The position numbers and the translations under genes were made by a program. A DNA stretch of 53,083 nucleotides from positions 4,402,001 to 4,455,083 of the forward strand of contig JAYWIR010000014.1 in the NCBI GenBank assembly GCA_036172245.1, in the 5' to 3' direction. How positions within the stretch are numbered: position 1 is the stretch's first letter; the number at the start of each line of letters is the position of its first letter. Shown piece after piece: positions 1 to 12,632 of the stretch. The stretch is from Raillietiella orientalis. Taxonomy: Eukaryota. The notes beneath the pieces are model-generated. The model was not told the origin of the DNA and did no database searches. It saw only the letters and a list, made by a program, of their open reading frames with translations.

Positions 1-2059
1 GAGAACCAGAAAGCTGGCCTGCGCCTCCTCCTCTCCCTGGGCGGCAGCGCTGTCTTCCCTAGGGGGTAGAAGCACCAGCCTTGGGCGCTTGGGCTGACCG
101 TGCGATCACCCGAAGGGGGTGCGTGGGCAACCGATACTGTTGAACTGGGGAGGCACCTGCGTCCCATCGGCGCACCACTTGCTGTTCCTCCTGTGGCTGG
201 GAGACTTTGCGCTCCCCTGCGAGGCGGCAGCAAGCGCGCTTGCTCGCCGTACGAGGCTGAGGGGGGGTCCAGTCAGCCCCCGGTACCTGCCGCACTGAGT
301 GGTACGCAGGAAGCGAGGACTCGGGAAAGGGGGTCCCAGTCGGGAGACTTGTCTCCCGAGGGAGCGGGCTCCGGCCCCGCTGGCGCCGCATCCTCCGTGG
401 TATCGGGGAGAGAACGGCGAGGGGGTCCTCCGCCAGCCTCCTCCACTCCTTCCCTGTGGCGCGTGCTCCCCTCGGTCACCGGAGGCGGTCGTCCATCCGG
501 AAACCGAGGGACTCCGGCAACGGTCTCCGTGGCAACGCCAGGGTCTCTCTCCGCACCCCTGTGGGTCCGAGGGGCCGGCTGGAGAGAGAAGGGAGGGGGA
601 GGGGAAAGGAGGGGAGACATTCCCCCTCAGTGCCGCCGCGAGCTCGAACGGAGGCGACTCTTCCGGAGTGCCCTTGCCCTAGCGCTGGTTCCTGGACTTC
701 ACGCCGCGTTAGCAGAGGGAATGAGCTCGCGGAGACCGGGGACCGGGAGGAGGAGGACGGAAATCGGGAAGTCTGGTTGTCGACGGAGCCTACAGGAGCT
801 GCCGGACGCTGGTGCCGCAGGGAGGTCCCGTCACCCTCTCCGGAGTTTCGCCGGACGTCCGCGCAGGAAGCAAGGTTGGAGCTCGGGGCAGAAGCGAGCG
901 ACACGCAGATCCACCTCGAGTGCGGAACACTGGAGGTCGGACCTCCCCCCCTCCTCTCTCCCGCGCTCGTGGAGTTCACCGACTACCTCGTCAGATGCCG
1001 CGCGTTTCCACGGTTGCGGAGCGGCTTGCAGAGCTGGCGCACCGGAAGGCTTCGCCGCTTCCCGCACGCTTCTCCCTGTTTTTTTTTTCTTTCCCCCTTT
1101 CATGTCCCTCCCTTCCCTCCACCCCGACTCTCCCGAATTCCTTCCTGCCCTTTTTGTTTCCCTCGTTTTTTAACCCCGTTTCGGAAGAATCCCTCACGGG
1201 GCGCACGCGCGCTCCGGCGCGGGACGCGGAGGCGGCCCGCGGAAGGCTTGGAGACCGCAGACTGACCGCGGCGACGTCCCTCCGCCTTGCCTCCGGGGAC
1301 GCGCGCGTCCCATGCCTCTCCTCTCCCCCGAAGGGAGACGGACAGAATCCGGGAACGCTGCCGGCGTCCTGTTCACGCAGAGCACCGCTCACACGGGCCT
1401 TCCGAATCGCGGGAGGCCGCCGACGCGGCCGGGAAGGGCCGGGGGAAACCGCCGCGCGGACGCAGAAGGGACTCAGCGGGGAGTCGCTGCTGCCAGACAA
1501 TGCAGTGGTCGGACCCCGTCGCGTCTCTGCTTCTCCCCCCCGAGGGGCCACGCATCACCGCAAGTGCAAGTGCACGGCGACCTGGAAGAAGCTCAGCATC
1601 CCATTCCCTACTCGAGGCCACCCCATCCTCTACCCGGGAGAGGCGGAGGTCCGCGCGCTTGACCCTGAAGTAGAGAGGTCCCGTCCCGAGGGCGCTTTCC
1701 CGGGAGCCGCTGCGATCGGCGGCTTCCGGGGGGCAGAAGGAGGAGGGAAAAGAGAGAAGGAGGAAAAGAAGCAGAAGGAACAGCGCGAGCTCTTCTTTTT
1801 CCCCAAAAAGCGTCTCCGAGGACGTTTCTGGGACGGGGAAAGGCGGAGGTCGACCTCACGACGGATCCCTTCGATCCCCCACCTCTCGTCCCAGCTGCCC
1901 TCAGCAAGAACGCCCCCACTCCGTGTCTGCCCTCCAGAGCTTCTCGACGGCACCGCACCTGGGCGCATCGCTCGCGCCGCGGAGCTGCTCAGAGGACACG
2001 GGAGGGGGGGGGCTCCCCCTCGTCGGTAGGAAGTCTTAAAAGGCGCCAAAAAAAGTCTG

Positions 2060-2580
2060 ATAAAAAAGGGAAGTACTAAAGATGCTGTAACGAAATACGA
2101 TGATGATGATAATGAAGAAGAAAAAGAGCAGAAGTGGAAGAAGATGGCGATGATGATGATAATGGTAATGTACTTATAGTGAAGCAATAATAAAAATAGC
2201 GATAGGAAAATAATACAAAAACAATGCTAGTAGTAAAGAATAATATAGTAATGGCGAATAACGACGGCAAAAGCGATGGTAATAATAGTGATGATGGTGG
2301 TACTAGCAGTAGTAAAAGCGATGCTCATGACGGCAGAAATAACCAGTGTACTAATAGCCATGGTAAGACTAAGTATGTTACTAATGATGGTAATAATGAT
2401 GGTGATTATACGAAAATGAACGACCAGTGCAATGGATAGGCACAGTAATAACAGCCATAGTAACAGTACTAATCGTCCAATAACATAGTGGAAGCAGTCA
2501 TGGTCGTAGCAATGATAGCGACCAGAGTAATAATAGCAATGGCAATCACAGTAATCGTGACGATACGAGTCGTAAGCCGT
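2060..2580. repeat. Degenerate AT-rich trinucleotide (AAT/GAT/AGT) low-complexity tract
   Basis: Runs such as gatgatgataat, aataatagtgatgatggt and agtaataatagcaat, with 3-nt periodicity and many substitutions. Confidence 0.85.
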
Positions 2581-2746
2581 AGTGGGGACAACGGCAGGAG
2601 GAGAGGAGGAGGATGAAAGATGGGCAGAAAACGAATTTGCTGGCGATTGGGAGGAAGTTGGTGCGAATCTTCCGGGAACGTTTCCACGTTTCTCCATTAT
2701 TCATCCCCGAAGAAAAGAAGTGGGAACTCCGGGAGAGACAACTCAC

Positions 2747-2875
2747 GGGAGAACTCCTCCTCCTCCAAGAGATGACCCATTTACGGACCGTTGGCTCATC
2801 ATTTATTCAAGCTGCCCGGAAGTATTCGATCGTCGCGTAGGGCCCAGACCGAAGCGGCGATTCGGGTCAACTGGA
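2747..2875 (-). other. Putative first exon, minus strand (MMSQRSVNGSSLGGGGVL + 2 nt)
   Basis: Donor CC|GTGAGT (GT at 2746), ATGATG at 2802-2797, Inr-like CCAGTT at 2874-2869 and E2F site TTTCGCGC at 2892-2899, with a CpG-rich block upstream (2880-3300). Confidence 0.4.
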
Positions 2876-5800
2876 ATCGGGGAAGCAGCCGTTTCGCGCG
2901 CGCTCCGGGCCCGGGCAACTAGGTGGGTGGGTGAGTGGGGGAGGGGAGTCGTCGCTCCCGCTTCGTCCCGCCAGCCGCCCCTCGCCGCCGGCTGCTATGC
3001 CGCCGCCGCGCTTGTATGGAACCCTCTTCCCGTCTCTTCTTCCCGTCGTCTCTCCTCCTGCCCCCTTCGATCCCCGTCTCGCTGCAGGACGCGCGCGCGT
3101 GCCGGAGGCCTCCTCCCCGCTATCACGTGGGCGCGGAGCGCCCCCCCCCCTCCCCCCCCTCGGAACTCTTTTCCTCACCAATAAATACGGCGGGATCGGA
3201 TCGACGACGAGCGCTGCCTCTCCGCATCTCGCTAATGGGCACGCACGTGCTGAAAGTGAAACGGAGCGCGATGATTCCTCGAGGATCCTTCCAGATGCTC
3301 GCGATGCAGAAATCGAGATTCCATCCCGCGCACGATCTCCTAAAAATAAAAAGATCTCTTCGGAGGGTCCGTGCAAACCGAAGGCAGATTTTCACTTGCT
3401 GACGTTTTTCCCTCGAGCTGGATGCGTTCCCCCGCAACCATCTCCTCCTCTGGAGAGCTGCCAGCGCAGTCCTCCTCTTCCGGCACGGTTTACTCCCGCT
3501 GAATTAGCGAGCGCTGATAGAAGGAGGAGCAGGAGGAGAAGGAAAAGCAACGCTGCCCCGGGATAATCAGGAGACACCTGGATTTGTCAAGGAAAAAAAT
3601 TCCTCGTGAATCAGCGGGCGAGCAACGTCTTGATGCGCTCCCAGCCGTTCGAACCCGCCGCGGAAGGATTCGGCTCATAAAAAGACCCAAACCTCGCCTT
3701 CGCGAAACAGGATTCACTTAATTACACGTCAGGATTCCCATGCAAATGCCTGGGATTACTTCGTGCAATTATTGCTCATTAGGGGATGGAGCCTCCGTGT
3801 TTTACAACCTTGTCCTTAATCACTCAGTTTTCAAAACCCAGTCCCATTGTTCCGTAAGTCCAATTCACCTCCTCCTCTTCCTTCGCCCCCCCCCCCTTCC
3901 CTCTCTCCTTTTTTTTTTTTTCCCCTTCTTTCCTGCATTCCCCCCCCCCCCCCTAGCCTCCCCCCAACTTAGCGCAGCATGTATTCCTTAATTACATTAT
4001 TTATTCTACAAATTGAGCCTCGCCATGCCAGCGAGCTCGGCAGATTCGGGCGTGCCGACGACATGGCGGAGGCGCAAAAACGAACACTTGGCGGATTGCG
4101 CGCGCTGGAGAGCTGCGCGCGTCCCGGTGCGGGCGCGCGCGCGCGCGTGATCCCGAGGGATGTCCCGTACACTTCACGCGGCGCGAGGCGGGCGCGGTGT
4201 GCACGGGAGAGGCCCCGAACCCTCGCAACAGCGAGCACCCGAAAAACCCGGGACATCAAGGGGGGGGGGGGGGACAAGCGGGACACGGAAGAGCCGTCAT
4301 CGTGAATCAGGGGTGGCAGCCGCCGCAAGGAGCTGTCATTCCCGCTAACTTTCCTTGTTTTTAAAAAGGAAAAAAGAGAAAAGAAAATTAAAAAGGACAA
4401 GGTCTCGAAGTGGAAAACACTTCCACCTGGAAACCTAGTGTTTATGTATTTTTTCCAGAGTCCATCGAGTCAAGAGGCCCACGATAAGCTCCTGGCTTAA
4501 GCGCCGGGACTGGTGCCGGCTGGTCAATAGGATCACAGCTCGGTGCAGTTCGAGCTTGGCATCGGCTGTTTATCCGGTTGTGCGGAGGAAAAAGTATGCA
4601 AAGCTCCCCGAACGAGCCGTGTGCAGAAAACACTCGCGTACCGCGTTACGGTGTGCACACGGCGCGCTGGCAGGGAAACTGCGTCTCCGGCAAACAACTT
4701 TTGGAGCCCGTCGCACACGCCAGAATCCGAAAAACTCGGCGTCCCCTCGTTTCGGGGGACACCGAGGTGAAGAGGTCCCGCTGGGGTGTGCGCGGCGGGC
4801 CACCGCTCCCGGTCACATCGGAGTAATGGATTGGGTTCGTTAATTAATAAAGTTTTTAAATAGAGATTCTCGCCTTTCGGAAGTTTGCAGGAAAGTTCGA
4901 ATGCGGGAAAAGGGAGGAAGGGGGGGGGGGGAGAGAGAGAGAACTCGAGCCAGAAGCAGGGAGAAAGTGGTCTTGGGAGGCGCGTCCCTTTCGGTCGGAA
5001 TCAGTGCTCTCGATCGTCATCGCGATGACTGAGCCATGAGCTGCAACCGGGACTCGTGTGCTGGAACCAAACCTTCCTGGAGAGGAGCGCACACACCCGA
5101 GGGTCCCAAAGCCTCGGCGGATCCGGGATGTTCGCGTCCCGGCAGACGTCTCCACCGTCCACGCATGTACCATTCAGAGTTCACGTAACCAGACGGCTTG
5201 CTTACTCCGCGACTAGGGGTTCTCTTGACCCGCAACCGAGCATTTTCCCCCCTGAAGGTTACACGAAGGATACTCAGCTGCCAGCAGCAACCGGAGATTC
5301 CAATCATCGCGCCAAAGCGGTGGATGCGATCAACCAAAGCTCCGGTGTGAAGCTGAGCTGACTGATGCCCTCGCGCTCGTGTGCTTCTTTCGGACTTTTC
5401 ATAAGCTCGTAAAGAATCTTGCAGGCTTTATCTTGCAGCCCGAATGGCGCGTGCACCCTGTAATGACATGGCACGCTACGCTCTGCATCAAAGTTGATAC
5501 CAAGTGATGACGGAGGCGTACTCATAAAGGAGTGACGCTGCGTACGTACGCACGTAGGGTCGCTTCGTGCCAGTGTGAAAAGGAGCCAGCAGAACGGGAT
5601 TCGCTCTTTCCTCATGTGTGCATGTGCGTAATTTTCTGATCGTAACCATAGGGCTCAAGAAATACCCTTCTTCTGTGTACTTGAAGTGAGGGATGCGGGG
5701 ATGCAGGGTTGCTAGGAAATCCGGTAATTGTCGTGTCACTTGCAATGCCTGCCGTTTGGTTTGAAAAGGGGGGGGGGGGAGGGGTATAGAAAGATCCTCT

Positions 5801-8695
5801 TCATGCCAGTATGTTAATGGTTTTCCTGATCCTGCACAAGTACTTATTAACTCCTCCGCTCTCTGGGCATCGGATTTTTTTTTTTCTTACCCCCGGCGGC
5901 GAGTGGTAAGCATGGGAAACCCAGTGCGACGGGAATGTTGGTATTGATTCGCGCAAAAAGTTTGCACGATGCAGCCCAAACCTTTGCGCTTCGGACGCAA
6001 ATTCATTCTCTGCAGAGTCACAAAATTTAGTTTATTACCAATAAAATTTAGCGGCGCGGAGTCGGATGATGTCCCCCAAAATTACTTACAAATCAGACAG
6101 ATGTGCTACTTTGTAAGCAAACCGAAAGGCGGAGGAAAAAACTTTCCGAGGTACTTTTAATTCCTCCGGAAGTGCTCTTGTACGAACTGTTGCCGTCAAT
6201 CTAAGAAACGAACCTTTCTTCGGGGGTCGGCTCTGGAGTTTCAACAGTTTCCGTAGCTGAAAGAGAATCAAGAAAAATTATCCAACACGGCTAAGCGAAA
6301 CACGCGAAGTATGCGAAAATTACTCGCGTCAGCGATTTCATTAACTTGAGGTTAACTTTGAAAGTCACATGACATGCTCTGCTTCTGCATGTTCTGTTTT
6401 GTTTTGTTTTTTCCCCTCGAATTCTGCTAGATGACGTCATCAAGATTGGAAGGCATAATACTCCCGCAGTGCGCTCCTGATCAAAATAAAATGTCTGGTA
6501 TGCAACACAGGGAAGGGTTTTCTGCAATATGCCAATTACGATTGCAAATGTCGGCATTAAATGGAATGAACAGGATGGCACATTTCAGAGAAGCCACTCG
6601 TCTCGTGTTCTCTCTCTCTCTCTGTTTAATAATTGCTTCTAATTTCAGCGCATTTGTGCATTGCTCCTACTGCAGTTCAGGCTGCTGCTGCTGTCCTGTC
6701 CGAATTTTTCCGAGAATATCAAAATATCTTCTTCTATGTCTACTGGTACCTCTGCAAGAGGATGGGCCCGGTCCGGTGTTACACAACTGAACGCTCTCGA
6801 AAAACCACACTGTTTTTTTCTTTCTTTTTTTTTTTTTTTTTTGTAACTTTTACCGTTGATGGTAGGAAATAGACGAAAATTATGCGTTTGTCTTCGACCG
6901 CCGTCTTCAAACAAGGGAAAACGAAAATATTTGCAGAAGAACACGTGCGTCTCGTGCCATTGATGATAGTCGTGTGAAACGGGAAACTGTGCAGTGTTCC
7001 CACTGCAATGCGTTCCCATTCTCGGAAACAACGAAAACAATTGTTTTACCTGTTCGCTTCACGAGGTACGTTCGTGGAAATTTTTGTTCTTGGAAAAGAT
7101 TGTTGTTGTTGCTGGTTTGCTAGCTTCCCTCCCCCCCCCCCCTCCTTTTCTTTGCGCTGTAATTGCAAAACAAATGGGAATGGTTAATGATCAATGCTGA
7201 AGTTCGGTACGAAGGGAAGTACTCGTGGCCATACCCTACGTTTGCAGGACCAGCAGCTTCGTAGCTTTCCAACTTCGTACCAGTGGAAACAACTTTCACT
7301 TGACACCACAAATCTTCAAACGAATATTTATTTAATAAGTTTTCGACGATAACAAGTTGGAAAGCATTGCCACGTTTGGCGGTCACGAAACCCAGGACGA
7401 AAAAGCAAAACAAAACGAAACAAAAAGCACCAAACGGTCGACTGGCTGAAACACGAAATTTGTCGTGTGCTTCTTCTTTTTTGCTTTTTTGTCAACGAAA
7501 AAAAAAAAAATTCAAATAGCTTCTCTTGCGATTTTGCAGAAAGACATTTCCTGATCTTTCGGTCGCATGTTTACAGCTTTAAAATGGGTAAGACGAAGAA
7601 GAAAATGAGAACCGGGGAACTCGAGACCTGAAACGAAGAGCCGGTACTCGCGTTGTGATTAGGTGAAAACGTGTTACTAGGAGCAGATGAAGCTGACAAA
7701 GCGTATATATCTATATTATGTCACATACCAGGAGCAACAAAAGCCCTACTGACAAAAATAAAAAAGTTTCCCCGGATATGCTACATGAAACACCGCTCTC
7801 TCCTTTCGTTCGCTCATTTGGGGAGAGCCGCTGAAACATGAAGCTCGTTCGAGGGGCTTATTGAAGATGCCATCCGTTGAACGCCATTCGAATTAAGGCA
7901 AGAAGGCACGTCTATGGAAGGAAGAGCGGGAGAGCAAACATGGAGCCTATTTTTTAGGAAAAATTTTACAACTCGCATGAAATTACAATAAAGAGAAAGC
8001 AAATAAAAGTTTCACGAAAAATTTACATATTCAGTTTCCTTGAGCTGCAAACGGCTCAGCCGGGAAAAAGCCCAAAGTGAATTATGTGATATAGGTGACT
8101 TCATTGCGAAAATCATTTTCATCTTTCGTAATGCCAAAGTAATCGAACTGAGAAGAAGGGAAAATCAATAAAGCATTTGTCTGCTCCATGTTCAACGTGA
8201 AGCTGAAATCAAATCTCATCTTTTCCCCTCAAGCACTTGCTTGTAAAGCCGACGATCTTTACTACATCCTTAAAACAAATCAGGAAAAAAAAAATGTCTG
8301 TTTCTATCTTATGTGTATTTATGATATAAATGTATATAAATGTGTGTTTACATTCATATTTACAGGGAGTCGGAATAACGGAGATAAAGATACAGCTCCC
8401 TGTGTCGGTAGACATGCATGTGTATACAAGTGTGTGAAATGTGTGTACTTTGGGAACGCAAGTCTGATACGCACCGGTATGTAACTAATTTTAGAACTGT
8501 ATTCTTTATAGGTTTGAGACACGGAGAATATGGATTTTACGTGTAGGCAGTTTGGTTCGAGAACATTTTAGTTCTCTAATGCTGTTGCATGGCAGAGTCG
8601 TGAGAGAAATCCACAATGGGGAGACACGCAGTTTAGCGAGCCTCAGACTGAATCGGAAATTTAATTGGAATCGAAATGGTGTCGTCTTTGCAGCG

Positions 8696-9105
8696 TCATC
8701 TCCAACAATGCAGAGTTCCGACTGTTTTTTTGGACACACGTGACATCATCTCCAACAATGCAGAGTTCCGACTGTTTTTTTGGACACACGTGACATCATT
8801 TCCAACAATGCAGAGTTCCGACTGTTTTTTGGACACACGTGACATCATTTCCAACAATGCAGAGTTCCGACTGTTTTTTGGACACACGTGACATCATTTC
8901 CAACAATGCAGAGTTCCGACTGTTTTTTGGACACACGTGACATCATTTCCAACAATGCAGAGTTCCGACTGTTTTTTGGACACACGTGACATCATTTCCA
9001 ACAATGCAGAGTTCCGACTGTTTTTTTGGACACACGTGACATCATCTCCAACAATGCAGAGTCCCGACTGTTTCTTGGACACACGTGACATCATCTCCAA
9101 CAATG
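8696..9105. repeat. Tandem minisatellite, 49-50 bp unit, 8 full copies plus a partial
   Basis: Unit TCCAACAATGCAGAGTTCCGACTG-T6/7-GGACACACGTGACATCAT(T/C) starts at 8701, 8751, 8801, 8850, 8899, 8948, 8997, 9047 and 9096. No unique spacers. Confidence 0.97.
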
Positions 9106-12100
9106 GAGTATTCTGATTTCTATCAGGCGTGTCGGTGAAAATAACTGGGATGCACTGCCTTGATAATCCTTCCTTGACATCAGCTATCGCAAAACGATAA
9201 GCCTGCAAAGGTCAGATCTGTGTGCATTCCAAGTTCTCACTGAAAGCTGAGCGACGGTTCGGTATATAAACAGATAGAGATGCGAACCCACATTATGCAT
9301 CAACTTGTTTGTAGTTTCTTATGAAGTTAAGGCTTCAAGCGAGACAATGAAAGAGTGGAAAGCAATTTACCTCAAAGATCTACGGCCACCAGAAACAAGA
9401 GCGTCATTAAATAAACATAGCGATTGCAAAAACTTTGAAACACATTGAGAGACAACAGCGTTTAAGCAAACACTCGGAACTTTGCCACAATTTTACTCTC
9501 CAGGAAGAACTACTCGATAATGCTTTTGTTATTTTAGTGTTTCTTCAGTCCAAAGTTAATGAAAGATTGTTTTGGTGCTTTCTTTAGATTTCTCTTCGTC
9601 TTATTACAGCACTAGCGTGACTCGATGCCTACAGAGCAGGTTTTCCGGGGTTCACAGTCACGGTAAAAAAATAAAAAAATAAAAAAAAATAAAATAAAAT
9701 GCAAAAAAGTGTGTGTATAACTTCCTGTTTCACTTGCGCTTTCGGAATATTTTTTTATCTCTCTTTCTTTTTTTATTTGTTTATTCCTTTTCGACACTTT
9801 GAAAATACTCAAGAATCCTCCCCAAGCTTCAGATATGCTTCTGTCATATTTTCCACGAATCCAGACCTTTCCATCAAAATAAATAAAAGCACCCTACTCA
9901 TAATAATGAATGTAAGTATGGTCTTTACCTTCTTCAATTATGAAATTCCATCCATGCCGGTTCGCGGCAGCGCATTCTTATAGTCATATCTTGTAGCGAA
10001 TTTTATACTTTGATAATGTGCTTTCACTTAATTCAAAATCAAAAATGCCCGTGTTGTTCCAGAGCACACTTCTAAGCACGGGATACAATCGAATGATGAG
10101 TAACCTATCAGATTAGTCATTGTGCAGGTTATCGGCAAGAGCTGATCTTCTTAATATAAACTGTGAAGTCAATCAAAATTTGATTTGACGTTTTCCTCGC
10201 TGAGATGTATTGTTAAGAAAGACTGATCAATTTGAAATGACACCCCAATCACAACCTTTTTTTTTTCCTCTCTTTTTTACATTCGGAGTCTGTTTGTTTG
10301 TTTCATTCTCGTAAAAACTATCGCAAATTGAGGTGTTTTAACACTTCATTGCGAGCATCTGCGCGATTCCGTAATCAATCTGTGATGCTACGCTGCTCCT
10401 TATACGATCGAATCTCCGACTCCTGGTCGCAGTCCCCTCCGTTAAAACCAGTATTTTCACTCGTATTTGTAATGTAAATGAGGGTGCATTCATCCCTGCT
10501 CATATCCCGATGCGTACCATTCATAACCGCACATAATTGCAGCATCAATATAGTGAGTGCACGATGCTGCATCCCGTTAAAGCCCGAATTTAAGCTGCAC
10601 CAAGGGTTGATTATAGATACTTCTTTTGAAAATCAGGGTCACCTTTTTTTCTTTTTCAGAAAAGAAAACACTGACAGCAAACCAAAGGTCAGTTCCATCG
10701 CACCGAAGAAGCGTGCAGAGATACTTTTTCGTTTCGTTCCAATTTCATTTCATTTCGGCAGGGTGACCCCTTCCATCCCTTTCCTTCCAGCTTGACAGTG
10801 TTTCCCCAATGCCCGCATCATATATTGAGGGAATTTGCCCTTATTAACGATCGGTGAGATCCGTCAAAAACGTGCCGAGAGTTCAATTGAATTCTACTGG
10901 GTGTCTTTCAGGCCTTCTTCCTCACGAAACTTAACATAATGCTCTCAGTCTGTTAGTGAGAAGGCATTTCGTTACGTATAGGTTGATGCAAAAAGACCTT
11001 ACGATACTATTTTGGGAAAGAGGCAAAGTTTGCTTTTTTTTAAAAAAAAAAAAAAAAATCTGTGAAAGGATGCTCAAAAACGGGTTTCAATTTGCGTTCC
11101 GACAGTGCAACGAAGCCGTACTACCGATAAGAACCACGACGAGTGGATGGCTGCGATGAGAAGAAGCATCCTGCCGCTTTCTCAATTACCCCCCCCCCCC
11201 CTTCCTTCCAGCTCCTCCCCAATGTTTAGCTGTCGGCTACATTTTTGGTGCTACACGCGCTTAGCATCGAGGCCTCAGGTCCTCATCATTCGCCCATTCA
11301 TCATTTCGACCATAATGATTTTTATAATTACAATGTTCACAATGATAATTTCCACGCTTCCTCTCTGAATTACGGTATTCATGAAAAATGAGATCACGTT
11401 CGTAATCACATATGACTGCATGGGGGATTTCCGAACTCTTATTGAGTTTCCGGGCAGTGGCTCTTTTTCAAAAATATTGTTTGCTTTGCAGAAACAAATG
11501 TTCAACTTTTGGGATAGGCACACAGCCTTGCTCGAGAGTTGTTGTTTTCTTTTTCCTCGCATTGGAATGTATTAAAAATCATTTGCATTTAAATGTTTCC
11601 ATTGGAGCGCATGGAAAAGGTTGTTTGTCTTGCATGTTTGCAGAAGGGGGGGGGGGGGGGAAACAAACTTTCTTACATGCGAAGGAAATCAGGATTTAAA
11701 AATTTTTGCTGCTACTGCGAACTACCTCACCCTCCATTAGTTCCACGCACTTCTTCAGGTGCTTCCATCCGCATCCTCTCAGACTGGCATATCATTCGCC
11801 TACGTAAAATCCCCTCGAAATGTTAGAGGTTTTTTGATTTAAACGAGTGCTCTCGCAAGCGCCCGTTATAAATGAGTGCTCTCACAAATGCTCGTTACTT
11901 CGCGATCGCAGTGTTGTTTCCTTGGTGCCATTTCGGATCTCTCGAAAATTCCCGAGTGCAAATTCTCCCTCCCCCCTACTGGCCGTTTCATCGACGGAGT
12001 CGGTTAAGCCCAAATCTATTCCAACTACACAACCAAGAACATAATGCCTGCTTACGCAAACGACTTCTTTAGCTTCTGGTAAACGATCTTCCCCGATCGC

Positions 12101-12220
12101 ATTTTCTCTGAGAATTTTCTTTTGTAGAACACGAACCAGAGCCTCCGCTAGGCCTTCTCATCCGTCCTCCGATTCGCTTTTGGGGCTGGTTCCAGGGAAG
12201 GAAAAGGAGGGAGGGGGAGG

Positions 12221-12459
12221 TGCGTGGGGACAACAATGCATTCCGAGGGGCGCCGCGGCCGAACAGGCTCCCTCGAACGACTATTTTAGGAGAGAGGGGG
12301 GGGAGATGCGTGGGGACAACAATGCATTCCGAGGGGCGCCGCGGCCGAACAGGCTCCCTCGAACGACTATTTTAGGAGAGAGGGGGGGGAGATGCGTGGG
12401 GACAACAATGCATTCCGAGGGGCGCCGCGGCCGAACAGGCTCCCTCGAACGACTATTTT
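12221..12459. repeat. Tandem repeat, 86-bp unit, about 2.8 copies
   Basis: TGCGTGGGGACAACAATGCATTCCGAGGGGCG...GACTATTTTAGGAGAGAGGGGGGGGAGA starts at 12221, 12307 and 12393. Copies are essentially identical. Confidence 0.96.
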
Positions 12460-12527
12460 GGGCATTCGAAAAGGCAGCGGCAAAAAGCCATTTGTGCATG
12501 CATTTCACGTAGCGGGAAAGAAGCCAT

Positions 12528-12632
12528 TTCTTCTTCTTCTTCTTCTTCTTCTTCTTCTTCTTCTTCTTCTTCTTCTTCTTCTTCTTCTTCTTCTTCTTCT
12601 TCTTCTTCTTCTTCTTCTTCTTCTTCTTCTTC
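12528..12632. repeat. (TTC)35 / (GAA)35 microsatellite
   Basis: Uninterrupted TTC run of 105 bp. Confidence 0.98.

Noticed and set aside
2224..2439. Asn/Asp/Gly-rich 71-aa ORF
   Set aside because: Translation of a degenerate trinucleotide tract.
8696..9105. 49/50-bp array as a CRISPR array
   Set aside because: Units are contiguous with no unique spacers, there are no cas genes, and the context is eukaryotic.
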